From Treponemataceae bacterium (GTDB lineage Bacteria > Spirochaetota > Spirochaetia > Treponematales > Rectinemataceae), in assembly GCA_963667725.2 (NCBI GenBank), contig CAXXHO010000003.1:2112001-2176000 (forward strand): a stretch of 64,000 nt of DNA, given 5' to 3'. A program made the position numbers and the translations under genes. Below, piece by piece: positions 9,916 to 24,189 of the stretch. The notes beneath the pieces are model-generated. The model was given only the letters and a program-made list of their open reading frames with translations, had not been told where the DNA came from and ran no database searches. The first letter of the stretch is position 1; each line of letters opens with the position of its first letter.

Positions 9916-10638
9916 ATGGAAACAAATTATGTCCTGGAGAAGAGACCTTCGGATAGTCAGGGTAAGGAAATGGGAAAGGGCAAGCGCGAGCCGGATGTCC
10001 GAGAAAGGATCCTGCGGGACGGGCCGCGCTCGCTGGCAGACCGCGAGCTTCTCGCGGCCGTGTTGGGTTCAGGCTGCATGGGCAAATCCGTAAGAACCCT
10101 CTCCCACGATGTGCTGAGGGTCATCGAGACGGGAACGCCGGAACTGGATATCAACAAGCTCCGAAAGGTGTCGGGCATGGGCGATGCCAAGGTCTGCGCG
10201 ATAGCGGCGGCCATCGAACTGGGGAGGCGCTTTTACGCCATCAAGGACAAGCGCATCGCGATGCCCAAGGATATTTTCCCTCTTATCTCCCACTTCGCCG
10301 ACAGGAAGCAGGAGCACTTTCTCTGCATTTCCCTGAACGGAGCGCATGAGGTAATCTCGGCCCGGCAGGTCACCTCGGGCCTCGTCAATAAAACAGTCGT
10401 GCATCCAAGGGAAATCTTTGCCGATCCCATAACGGATAGGGCTTGCGCCATCGTCGTGGCCCACAATCATCCCTCCGGGAACGTAGAGCCTTCAAAGGAG
10501 GATATCGATATCACGAAGCGCCTGAGAGATGCGGGCGACGTGTTGGGCATTCCCCTTCTCGATCATCTGGTCTTCTGTCAGAACGCTTATTATAGTTTTG
10601 TCGAACATGGATTGATCGCTCCCTTCATCGGGGAATGA
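9916..10638 (+). CDS. radC: RadC/JAB domain protein (UPF0758)
   Basis: RERIL..GPRSLADRELLA, VHPREIF, AHNHPSG..EPSKED. Confidence 0.9.
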   Translation: METNYVLEKRPSDSQGKEMGKGKREPDVRERILRDGPRSLADRELLAAVLGSGCMGKSVRTLSHDVLRVIETGTPELDINKLRKVSGMGDAKVCAIAAAIELGRRFYAIKDKRIAMPKDIFPLISHFADRKQEHFLCISLNGAHEVISARQVTSGLVNKTVVHPREIFADPITDRACAIVVAHNHPSGNVEPSKEDIDITKRLRDAGDVLGIPLLDHLVFCQNAYYSFVEHGLIAPFIGE

Positions 10639-10718
10639 TAGCCGCTAAAAATGAGGCCGCCCAGATAATCCGAGCGGCCCGCATTCTGTTACGTCGTTAA
10701 AAAAGTTCGGTATCCGGA

Positions 10719-11897
10719 TCAGATGATGCCGAGTTTTTTCCCCGCTTTCTCGAATACGCCGAGGACTGTCTCGAGCTGATCGCGCGTATGCGTCGCCATA
10801 TAGGAAGTCCTCAGGAGAGCCATGCCCTGGGGCACGGCGGGAGAAACGACAGGGTTACAGTAGACACCGCTATCGAAGAGCTCCTTCCAGAGCAGGAAGC
10901 AGGTTTGGTCATCGCCAACGATAATGGGGATGATAGGGGTCTGCGTGGCGCCAATATTGAAGCCGAGCTCACGGTAGCCTTTCAGCATGAAGCTCGCGTT
11001 CTCCCATAGCTTTTCAAGATGCCAGGGCTCGGTTTCCATCACTTCAAGCGCGGCGGCCGCGGCCATGGCGTTGGGGGCGGGAAGCGACGCCGAGAAAATG
11101 AATGAACGGGCATTGTGCTTTATGTAATTCACGACATCCTTGTCGCCCGCCACGAAGCCTCCAAGGGAGGCAAAGCTCTTCGAGAAGGTACCCATGGTAA
11201 GGTCTACTTCCTTGGTGAGGCCAAAATGCCAAGCGGTGCCATGGCCCCCGCCCAGGACGCCGAGGGAATGGGCATCGTCCACGTAGAGTCTCGTTCCATG
11301 CTTTTTGCAGACGGACACGAGCTTAGGCAGGTCGACAATGTCGCCGCCCATGGAAAAGACTCCATCCACCACGACCATTGTGCCCTTATCATCGGAAATC
11401 TTGGCGAGAATTCTGTCGAGCTGATCCAGATCGCCGTGCACGAAGCGCTTGATCTCGCCCATGCCCAGCCTGCAGGCATCGACGATGGAGGCATGGTCAT
11501 CCTTGTCGGTGATGACCACGTCGTTACGTCCGATGAGGGAGGAAATCGCGCCCAGGTTCGTCTGCATGCCGGTGGAGAATACCAGGGCGGAATCCTTGCC
11601 CAGGAATCGGGCAAGTCTTTCCTCCAGTTCAATATGCAGCTTCAGGGTTCCATTCAGAAAGCGGCTGCCCGTACAGGAGGGACCGAATTCCTCTAGCGCC
11701 TTCATGGCCGCGGCCCTTACCTTAGGATGGGTCGTAAGCCCGAGGTAATTGTTCGAACCGATCATGATGATCTTCCGGCCTTGATAGGAAACAACCGTTC
11801 CTTCCATGCCGTCGAGCTCCTGGAAATAGGGATAGATTCCCCTTTCCATGGCCTTCTTGTCGAGATCGTACGCAAAACATTTTTGGAAGATGTCCAT
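10719..11897 (-). CDS. PLP-dependent alpha-oxoamine synthase, serine palmitoyltransferase-like
   Basis: GSNNYLGL, GSRFLNGT, DHASIVD, DDAHSLG, GTFSKSFASLGG containing the PLP lysine. Confidence 0.85.
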   Translation of the reverse strand: MDIFQKCFAYDLDKKAMERGIYPYFQELDGMEGTVVSYQGRKIIMIGSNNYLGLTTHPKVRAAAMKALEEFGPSCTGSRFLNGTLKLHIELEERLARFLGKDSALVFSTGMQTNLGAISSLIGRNDVVITDKDDHASIVDACRLGMGEIKRFVHGDLDQLDRILAKISDDKGTMVVVDGVFSMGGDIVDLPKLVSVCKKHGTRLYVDDAHSLGVLGGGHGTAWHFGLTKEVDLTMGTFSKSFASLGGFVAGDKDVVNYIKHNARSFIFSASLPAPNAMAAAAALEVMETEPWHLEKLWENASFMLKGYRELGFNIGATQTPIIPIIVGDDQTCFLLWKELFDSGVYCNPVVSPAVPQGMALLRTSYMATHTRDQLETVLGVFEKAGKKLGII

Positions 11898-12013
11898 ATA
11901 GGACCTCCGGGACCGCGCTAGAGTTGATCCCCGCGCGGAGAATTGGCCATCACCGGATGATGCCGGGACGGCTCAGGGCACGGGCCGTTTTTCATCGCCT
12001 TCGTGCGCCTATC

Positions 12014-12043
12014 ATTCTACCGGGGATACAGCCGCAGGGTCAA
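12014..12043 (-). promoter_or_regulatory. Sigma70 promoter for the SPT-like gene
   Basis: Minus strand reads TTGACC-N18-TAGAAT. Confidence 0.55.
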
Positions 12044-12099
12044 TTGCGTATTCTGGAATGAAATGCCGTCGATTCGCCGCCGGAATACTCCCTCGTCCG

Positions 12100-12831
12100 C
12101 TATTTCTTCCTCAGGGGCCTGAAGACGGTTTTAAGGATTGTCGATATTGTCGATGTCTTCTGTTTCTGCGTAGGCGCAAGCGGAACGCCGGAGAAGGAAA
12201 AGACATCCTTTTCGTTTCCAGCCACAAGGAGGAGGTCATGAGTAACCAACCTGTAATCCCGGTCGAAATTTCTGTAGACGCTGGTATTCTCGGATCGTAT
12301 GGCGATCACGTTGATGCCTTTTTTTTGCCTCAGGTCAGCTTCTATGATTGTTTTGCCGGTCAAATATTCCGGAACCTTCACTTCAGCCATGACGAGTTCT
12401 CCGCCTATGGGCATGAAGTTGTAAAGCGACGTGGACAGGACAAGGGGTACGATGCGCGCGGCAGCCTCGCGGTCAGAATTTACCACTCTTGTCGCGCCGA
12501 TGACCTTCAGTATCTCGCTTCTCTCGTCGGACTCGGATTTTACGATTATTTCTTCCACGCCCAGCTTCTTCAGCCTATGCGTCACCAGCAGCGAAGCCTC
12601 GATGTCCGAGGAAAAATCCACCACCGCGACATCGACCGCTTCGGGAAGTATTCTCTGCAGGGATTCCTCATCGAGGACATCAGCGATATAGGCGGTTTTC
12701 ACCATATCCTTGACTCTATCGATGAGGAGGGGATCCTTGTCTATCACGACGATTTGATCGGTGACCTGGGAGATGCTCTCGAGCATGCTCATCGCTAAGG
12801 GACCTAATCCAATAAACGCGTAGTGCCTCAT
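12100..12831 (-). CDS. ktrA: TrkA/KtrA potassium uptake regulatory (RCK) subunit
   Basis: IGLGPLA Rossmann motif; RCK_C segment GKTIIEADLRQKKGINVIAI. Confidence 0.85.
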   Translation of the reverse strand: MRHYAFIGLGPLAMSMLESISQVTDQIVVIDKDPLLIDRVKDMVKTAYIADVLDEESLQRILPEAVDVAVVDFSSDIEASLLVTHRLKKLGVEEIIVKSESDERSEILKVIGATRVVNSDREAAARIVPLVLSTSLYNFMPIGGELVMAEVKVPEYLTGKTIIEADLRQKKGINVIAIRSENTSVYRNFDRDYRLVTHDLLLVAGNEKDVFSFSGVPLAPTQKQKTSTISTILKTVFRPLRKK

Positions 12832-12847
12832 GGGAACCTCCGAACAA

Positions 12848-14167
12848 TCAAATCAGGATATCGGCAGAAGGGAGTTTGGCATATCCTTCGACATCCCTGT
12901 CCGTTTTAGGGAGCGCTAAGGCGAAAAGCCCCACCCTGCCAATGAACATGGTCATTATCAGGACGATTTTTGATACGGTATGAAGGGAAGCGGTGACATT
13001 ATTGCTCAATCCTACCGTACCGAAGGCGGATAACGTCTCGAATAGGACATCCATCAAAGGAAGGCCGTGGTTCGCTTGAATTTCCGCGGTGACGATGATG
13101 ACGGAACCGAAAAGTACGATAATGATTGCCTTTATAACGATACCCACAGCCTTATACACCGTTCGCGGCATGATGTTTCGGCCTTCATGGCTGATCTGGT
13201 CGCTTCCGTCCTTGTAGCGCAGGGCGGTCATCAGAAGTATGAAGAAGGTGGTGGTTTTTACGCCGCCTCCCGTAGACGCGGGCGATGCGCCGATGAACAT
13301 GAGGATCATCGTAAGCAGCTGTGATCCTGAGCTGAGGCTGGTCTGGGCTATCGTATCGAAGCCCGCGGTTCTTGGCGTGATCGCCTGAAACAGGCTTGCC
13401 ATTATCTTCTGCGGGATGCTGAGATTCCGCATCGAAGCGCCATACTCGAGAATGAAAAAAATGATCGCCCCAAGGACGATGAGCGCCGCAGATGTTCTCA
13501 ACACTATCGTAGAATGATAAGAGAGATGCCTTTTCGCGCCGGTCAGGTATTTTCGCAGATCCTTGATGACGATGAAGCCTATGCCGCCCACTACGATCAA
13601 CAGCATCGTGGTAAAATTGATGACGGGATCCCCGACGAACGATTCAAGATTGTTGGAAAAAGTTGAAAAACCCGCGTTGCAGAATGCGGAAACGGCGTGG
13701 AAGAGCCCATAGAACAGCGGATAACCAAGAGCGTAAAACCGCAGACAATAGACAACGGCGCCAATGCCTTCAAATACAAAGGTATATTTAAGAATAGCCC
13801 GAATGATTACTTTAGGCTGATACTCCACTTCCGGAAGCGTATAATCTCCGACAACGCCTTTGCCGAACATTGAAATCCTGCGACGAGGCGATGCCAGGTA
13901 AAGTGTCCCGAAGGTTATGATGCCGAGACCACCCGTCTGGATGAGAATCATGATGATGATGTGGCCCAAGCGACTGAACTGGGCGGTATCCACGGTTATG
14001 AGTCCCGTGACGCAGACGGCGCTTGTCGAGGTGAAAAGAGCGTCGATGTAGCTTATTTTGCTGGCGGAAAATACGCCAGGCAAGGAAAGGAGGATTGATC
14101 CGATAGCGATGACCGAGATGAAGAAAGAGAAAATTAGAATTTTGTCCCGGCCAATTCTGATATTCAA
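12848..14167 (-). CDS. ktrB: TrkH/KtrB potassium uptake membrane subunit
   Basis: SAVCVTGL, SAFCNAGF, RTAGF, SAFGTVGLS pore motifs; start uncertain (TTG at 14167; open frame extends to 14254). Confidence 0.9.
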   Translation of the reverse strand: MNIRIGRDKILIFSFFISVIAIGSILLSLPGVFSASKISYIDALFTSTSAVCVTGLITVDTAQFSRLGHIIIMILIQTGGLGIITFGTLYLASPRRRISMFGKGVVGDYTLPEVEYQPKVIIRAILKYTFVFEGIGAVVYCLRFYALGYPLFYGLFHAVSAFCNAGFSTFSNNLESFVGDPVINFTTMLLIVVGGIGFIVIKDLRKYLTGAKRHLSYHSTIVLRTSAALIVLGAIIFFILEYGASMRNLSIPQKIMASLFQAITPRTAGFDTIAQTSLSSGSQLLTMILMFIGASPASTGGGVKTTTFFILLMTALRYKDGSDQISHEGRNIMPRTVYKAVGIVIKAIIIVLFGSVIIVTAEIQANHGLPLMDVLFETLSAFGTVGLSNNVTASLHTVSKIVLIMTMFIGRVGLFALALPKTDRDVEGYAKLPSADILI

Positions 14168-14274
14168 GGCATTGACTCCAGCCAAGGATAATACCACTAC
14201 GCGTTGTGCGAAGCTATGGGGGGTTCTTTCGATAGGGTGGGCAATCGGCGTCAAGGCAGGCAGGGTCTCATATA

Positions 14275-14308
14275 TTCAAAAGGCTCTCCCGAAGGAGAGC
14301 CCTTTGAA
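14275..14308 (-). terminator. rRNA operon terminator hairpin
   Basis: TTCAAAAGGCTCTCC-CGAA-GGAGAGCCCTTTGAA immediately after 5S. Confidence 0.75.
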
Positions 14309-14317
14309 TAAAAAAAA

Positions 14318-14430
<113 letters not shown>

Positions 14431-14600
14431 TAATTACCTGAAAGAAAGGGAAGAAGGAAAGCAAAAAGAGCCTTTCTTCATCAAGGGAAGCAGTGCGTAT
14501 CTTGAATTCATCATCGATCGGCCGCCGTATTGCATGCAGCGCGCACTCGTATCATAGAAAAGCGACAAGATTGCTCTTTGTTAAAAAAGTGAAGGATAAT

Positions 14601-17580
<2,980 letters not shown>

Positions 17581-17751
17581 TTATGCTTCACTCTTTATCG
17601 CTTCTTGATATCGTTTTCATTTGCTCATTCCTCAAAGCTATAAACCAACCTACTCCTAGATCAGTCACTTTAAGAAATGTGCCTGCTTCCCTTCCCTCAT
17701 TATGTAAAAGAACATTCGAGCGTTCCACGTGTGGCCACGCGGGCCGCCTCG

Positions 17752-17825
17752 TGGAGATAGGGGGACTCGAACCCCCGACCTACGGCTTGCAAAGCCGCCG
17801 CTCTAGCCAACTGAGCTATATCCCC
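17752..17825 (-). tRNA. tRNA-Ala(UGC) in the 16S-23S spacer; CCA not encoded
   Basis: GGGGATATAGCTCAGTTGGCTAGAGCGGCGGCTTTGCAAGCCGTAGGTCGGGGGTTCGAGTCCCCCTATCTCCA. Confidence 0.95.
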
Positions 17826-17975
17826 GTTGGTTTCACGAACTGGTATAAAAAAAGGAATAGGATAGAAAGAGGTTTGGGAGAGCGCCCTGTCACGAGACGC
17901 TCAAAGTATTACTGCCTTGTATATGATCGTGTACCGTAGTGTGAAGCTTGCGCCTCACGGTCGATACCCTTCTCA

Positions 17976-19515
<1,540 letters not shown>

Positions 19516-19863
19516 ATATTCCAACAGGCTTGCGCCTGCAGGATATCATAAAGAATTTATCTTCGTTGCCAAAGCTAACAAGCTTCGACAACCGGCATTC
19601 GATACTTCACCGACCATTCACTGGCGCAAATGATCGATTTTGCCGATCTCACTTCCGTGAAATCAGCCACGCACAACTCGCTAGAGTTGTGCGCCACCAA
19701 TCGCTTGTGGCGATTGGTGCCTTACCTCTTTCTATCCCTTCCCTATTTACTGTGGTAGATCCCTCGGCTATTCGCCTCAAACCGCTTTGCGGCCTTCGGT
19801 TTTCGCCTCCCGCCCCTTTGGTCCGCCGTGGTTTCCCGCAGCCTTCCCCCAGAGCGCTCGATG

Positions 19864-19893
19864 AAGGTAGCAAACTTCGCTACCTTTTGTCAA
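19864..19893 (-). promoter_or_regulatory. rrn promoter P2
   Basis: TTGACA-N18-TACCTT with an extended TG motif; A-tracts upstream. Confidence 0.7.
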
Positions 19894-19988
19894 GAGCGAT
19901 TTTTCTTTTTCCGCTCTTTTGCAAATTTTGCTGTTTTGTAGCAATCCTTGCTTTTTCGTTTCGTACATCGCTGCACGTCGCGAGGAGG

Positions 19989-20017
19989 ACATTAACGGTT
20001 TGGACAAAGTTCGTCAA
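19989..20017 (-). promoter_or_regulatory. rrn promoter P1
   Basis: TTGACG-N17-TAATGT with a T-rich, UP-like element upstream. Confidence 0.7.
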
Positions 20018-20058
20018 TAGAAAAGGCGAAAAAATTTAGGAAAATTCGTTCAATGGCT

Positions 20059-20625
20059 CTACGCCGTCAGTTTCCTGTACTGCGCAAGATAGTCGATGAA
20101 GGAAAGAATCGACAGGAGACCGGCGATTATGAAGGCCGCGAGAACGATGACTTTGAGTGCGGGGATAAGGTCAGCCAAGATCGAAAGGCGTTCCAGGCTC
20201 ACGAGAAGCAGGGCGAGCATTCCGGAGGTCATATAGAGGCCGGCCTTGAGCTTGCCCCCCGGTCTGGCGCCCATGGCTATACCCTTGGAGCTCAGGATCA
20301 TCCTGAGGAAGGAAATGCTGAATTCCCTGTAGAGGATGATGAGGAATACCCATAGAGGCATTATGCCGCTGAAGGCGAAACAGGTAAAATAGGTGATCCG
20401 CGCGAGGACATCGGCGAAGGGATCGAAAAGCTTGCCGAAATCGCTGACTTGCTTCGAGGAGCGGGCGACCTTGCCGTCCACCAGATCGCTGATCTCTATG
20501 ATCCAGAAAAGGATCCAGAGCAGGATGATCGTCGGTAGAGCCGGCAACAGGGGATATCGATATAATATGAAGAATAGCGGAGCCAGGATGATACGGCTCA
20601 ACGTAACTTTATCTGCCATGGTCAT
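20059..20625 (-). CDS. pgsA: CDP-diacylglycerol--glycerol-3-phosphate 3-phosphatidyltransferase (PgsA-like)
   Basis: ADKVTLSRI, DLVDGKVAR..VSDFGKLFDPFAD, ARPGGKLK. Confidence 0.8.
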   Translation of the reverse strand: MTMADKVTLSRIILAPLFFILYRYPLLPALPTIILLWILFWIIEISDLVDGKVARSSKQVSDFGKLFDPFADVLARITYFTCFAFSGIMPLWVFLIILYREFSISFLRMILSSKGIAMGARPGGKLKAGLYMTSGMLALLLVSLERLSILADLIPALKVIVLAAFIIAGLLSILSFIDYLAQYRKLTA

Positions 20626-20741
20626 GTAGCCAGAATACGGATTTGACAGGCCGTATGTCAAGGTTGTAATATTAGATGATTTTGCATATATAATATAGAA
20701 AAAAGTAGCGATGAAACGGCGATCGAACGGAGATACAGCGC

Positions 20742-21569
20742 ATGGACGAACCGACACGAGTAAAAAGCCTCCGGCAAAGCATAACGAAAACTATCGTCGC
20801 TTACTTCATCACCCAGTGCGCGGTCTTCTGCGCCTTCGCCCTTCCGGGCGGATTTTTTACGGAATTCTGGCGTCAATTCCTCATCACGAGCGGAGGATTC
20901 CATGTTTTCCTGTACTTTCTCCTCAACAGATTCAGGGACGACTTCCGCAAGGAAGCCTCGCGGGAAAAACTTTCATCCATAAACCTCGCCAATAGGATAA
21001 CGCTGATACGCGTAAGCACCCTGCCCACCCTACTTTATCTGGTCATCGCCGCGAAACACTACCGGATCCGATATCCGCTTCTCATCCTCGTCGTCTTCAT
21101 CTTCATAACCGATTTTCTTGATGGATACGTTTCACGCAAGGCGAACGAGGTGACGAAGGCAGGACGGATGATGGATTCGGCCAGCGACTACTGCCTCTTA
21201 ATTGTCCTTACCCTCATTTTTCGTTATTATAGACTGATACCAATATGGTTCCTGATACTCGTGCTGGCGAGACTCGGCGTTCAGGTGCTGCTGGTGACGA
21301 TACTGATCATCATCAGGCAGAAAATCGAGCCGAAGACGACCTTCATGGGCAAGGTCGCGGTCGCTTCCATCATGGTCGTCTACAGCTTCGAGGTTCTCGG
21401 CCTGATTGCCGGCGAGCTTCCGCTGGCAATCAAGAATACCATCGAGTGGATCGTGGCCGCGCTGGTTATGGTGAGTATCGGCGATAAGATAATCAGCTTC
21501 GTTTCCACATTGAAGGAAGCGAGGCTTGAACGGAGGATTCCTGATGGCAATGATAAAGAGCGCCCTTGA
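20742..21569 (+). CDS. CDP-alcohol phosphatidyltransferase family protein with an N-terminal membrane extension
   Basis: NLANRITLIR and DFLDGYVSR...GRMMDSASD motif. Confidence 0.85.
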   Translation: MDEPTRVKSLRQSITKTIVAYFITQCAVFCAFALPGGFFTEFWRQFLITSGGFHVFLYFLLNRFRDDFRKEASREKLSSINLANRITLIRVSTLPTLLYLVIAAKHYRIRYPLLILVVFIFITDFLDGYVSRKANEVTKAGRMMDSASDYCLLIVLTLIFRYYRLIPIWFLILVLARLGVQVLLVTILIIIRQKIEPKTTFMGKVAVASIMVVYSFEVLGLIAGELPLAIKNTIEWIVAALVMVSIGDKIISFVSTLKEARLERRIPDGNDKERP

Positions 21570-22191
21570 GCTCGCGCTCGAGCGAACGAAAAACCTGGAA
21601 GTGGACGAAGTCGCCATAGAAGCGCATAGGATAAAGACGGAAGGCCGGAGGGCGGCGGGGAAATTCCTCGACGATCCCGAGAATACTGACCTGCGGAAAG
21701 CCATACAGGGCATAGACAACCAGAACCGCGAAGCGTTCAGGAGATCTATCTTCGACGTCCTAATCGCGCAGATCCAGCTTCCCGGCTCCTACTTCGACGC
21801 CGAAAAACTTACCCTCGTCGGCGCGGGACTCGCCGCGCTCGCGGCCGCCGCCCCCGTCAAGGGAGGCATTGCCGGCGCCGTAGCGGAGAAGAAGATCATA
21901 TCGATGGTTCAGCAGATCGCTTCCTTCATCGCAAAGTACCAGGAGGAAGTGAAGCGCGTGGAGCAGGCGATACGCAGCCAATGGGCGCCGAAGCTGAAGG
22001 AAAAGGAAAGGCAGATGGCCGCGCGGATGGGTCAGGATATTCGCCTCGACCCCATGGCCGACCCTGAATTCGCTGCCTTCTATAAACAGAATGTCGAAAA
22101 CCTCAAGGCAAATTACAGCGACGCGCTGGAGAGGGCGAAGGGCGAACTGGCGGCCCTCAGCGGCATGGCAGAGCCGGAAAGCAACCAATAA
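21544..22191 (+). CDS. Conserved helical hypothetical protein (DUF6657-like, recalled)
   Basis: MAMIKSALELALERT N-terminus, GGAGG ribosome-binding site, coiled-coil character. Confidence 0.7.
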   Translation: MAMIKSALELALERTKNLEVDEVAIEAHRIKTEGRRAAGKFLDDPENTDLRKAIQGIDNQNREAFRRSIFDVLIAQIQLPGSYFDAEKLTLVGAGLAALAAAAPVKGGIAGAVAEKKIISMVQQIASFIAKYQEEVKRVEQAIRSQWAPKLKEKERQMAARMGQDIRLDPMADPEFAAFYKQNVENLKANYSDALERAKGELAALSGMAEPESNQ

Positions 22192-22262
22192 ATAATCGGG
22201 CTTTAAATTTTATCGCGTATGGCGCTGGGCGGCTATAGTTCTTCATTGGGAGCCCCGGGTGG

Positions 22263-24155
22263 CTATCGATCCTCGCCGGGCGCGGCTCCGCGCAGCAGCG
22301 CGACATAGAGTAGCGCCGAATCGGATTTGCGGACACCTGGCACCCGCGAAGCCTGACCAAGGGTGAGGGGCTGGACGGCTTCCAGTTTTTCGATCGACTC
22401 GCTGGACAATCCAAGGACACTCCGATAGCTGAAGCCCTGCGGGATTCTCAGACGATCGGAGCGGTCTACTCTGGCCGCTAGGCGTTCTTCCTTCTCAAGA
22501 TAGCCCTTATAGCGCACATCGAGGGTGGCCGTCTGAATCCATGATTCGGGGTACGCGGCGCTCTCCGGGATGAGCGGAACGAGAAAGGACTTGTTGTCGA
22601 TCCGCGCGTCCGCCAGAGCGCCGATGCGCGGATCCCTGAGGGCGGTGGCGAGCGATTCCCCGACATGGGGTAAAAAATCCTGATTGTCGCGCGCGTCGGC
22701 TGGCGCGATCTTCCTTCCGCTTAAAAGCGCTGAAAACTCATCGATGCCTTGGCGTCTTTTCTCGAAGATTTCCCGGCGTTCTTCATCGACCAATCCCATC
22801 TCCATCGCCATCGGCGTCAGCCGCAAGTCCGCGGAGTCCTGCCGCAGCGCCAGCCTTCGTTCGGCCCTGCTTGTGAACATTCGGTAAGGCTCTTTGGGCG
22901 AGAGGGTGACGATATCGTCGATGAGGACGCCGATGTACGCCTGATCGCGGCCGAGGATGAGGGCATCGGCTCCATCCAGGTATCGGCGGGCGTTGATGCC
23001 GGCCATGAGCCCCTGGGCGGCTGCCTCCTCGTACCCCGAGGTGCCATTCGTCTGGCCGGCTATAAAAAGCCCGGCGACCAGCCTGGATTCGAGGGAAGCA
23101 TAAAGCGCCGAGGGCGCGAGATAATCGTATTCGACGGCATAGGCGGGCCTTACTATCTCGGCCTTCTCGAAACCGGGAAGGCTTCGGTAGAAAGCCGCCT
23201 GCACGTCCTCGGGCAGGGAGCTGGATAGCCCATTGAGGTAGACTTCGTCGGTGTATTCCCCCTCGGGCTCGACGAACACCTGATGGCGCTCGCGGTCGGG
23301 AAAGCGCACGACCTTATCCTCTATAGAAGGACAATACCGAGGCCCCTTGCCGACGATCGCGCCTGAATAAAGCGGGGAGCGGTCCAGCCCGGCGCGTATG
23401 ATTTCATGGGTCGCCGCGCTGGTCCAGACAATATGGCAGGGCAGGTCCGGTCGGCCATAGTCCTTCTCCAGGAACGAAAAGTAGAGCGGCTTGCCCTCGC
23501 CGTACTGCGCTTCCAGCCGGGACATATCGATGCTGGAGGCCTTGATGCGCGCCGGCGTGCCCGTCTTCATCCTTCCGACGGGGAATCCCCTAGCGCGGAG
23601 AGCGTCGCCCAAACCTACGGCCGCGGGTTCACCGAGCCTGCCGCCAGGTCCCGTCCACTCGCCTATAAAAAGCCTGGCTTCCATGAAGGTTCCCGTGGTC
23701 ATGACCACGGTTTTCGCGCCGATTTTCCTGCCCCGTCCGGTGAGTACGCCTTCGATTTTCTTTCCTGATGAATCGGTGAGGATATCCACGACCGTGTCCA
23801 TGAAAATGGAGAGCCGAGGCTGGTTTTCCAGCGCTTTGCGGGCGAGAGCCGAATAGAGGGCTTTATCGGACTGGGCGCGCGGCGCCTGCACGGCCTGGCC
23901 CCGGGACTGATTCAGCATCCTCATCTGTATGGCCGTCTGATCGGCGAGGATGCCCATCTGGCCGCCCAGGGCGTCGATCTCGCGGACGAGATTCCCCTTC
24001 GCGAGGCCGCCTATGGCAGGATTGCATGACATTTTCCCGATGGTGTCGGGATTCTGCGTAACGAGAACCGTCCGCGTGCCCATCCGGGCGAGAGCGAGCG
24101 CCGCCTCGATTCCGGCATGCCCGCCTCCGATCACTATCGCTTCGAAATCGCTCAC
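22263..24155 (-). CDS. mnmG: tRNA uridine-5-carboxymethylaminomethyl(34) synthesis enzyme MnmG
   Basis: GGGHAGIEAA, MSCNPAIGG, GPRYCPSIEDK, GQTNGTSGYEEA. Confidence 0.97.
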   Translation of the reverse strand: MSDFEAIVIGGGHAGIEAALALARMGTRTVLVTQNPDTIGKMSCNPAIGGLAKGNLVREIDALGGQMGILADQTAIQMRMLNQSRGQAVQAPRAQSDKALYSALARKALENQPRLSIFMDTVVDILTDSSGKKIEGVLTGRGRKIGAKTVVMTTGTFMEARLFIGEWTGPGGRLGEPAAVGLGDALRARGFPVGRMKTGTPARIKASSIDMSRLEAQYGEGKPLYFSFLEKDYGRPDLPCHIVWTSAATHEIIRAGLDRSPLYSGAIVGKGPRYCPSIEDKVVRFPDRERHQVFVEPEGEYTDEVYLNGLSSSLPEDVQAAFYRSLPGFEKAEIVRPAYAVEYDYLAPSALYASLESRLVAGLFIAGQTNGTSGYEEAAAQGLMAGINARRYLDGADALILGRDQAYIGVLIDDIVTLSPKEPYRMFTSRAERRLALRQDSADLRLTPMAMEMGLVDEERREIFEKRRQGIDEFSALLSGRKIAPADARDNQDFLPHVGESLATALRDPRIGALADARIDNKSFLVPLIPESAAYPESWIQTATLDVRYKGYLEKEERLAARVDRSDRLRIPQGFSYRSVLGLSSESIEKLEAVQPLTLGQASRVPGVRKSDSALLYVALLRGAAPGEDR

Positions 24156-24189
24156 ATTCTCCCCTCTCGAACCTTGCCGCGCGACCTAA

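Noticed and set aside
9916..10638. radC as a marker of a mobile or defence island
   Set aside because: It is the long chromosomal form, with no integrase, att site or compositional shift nearby.
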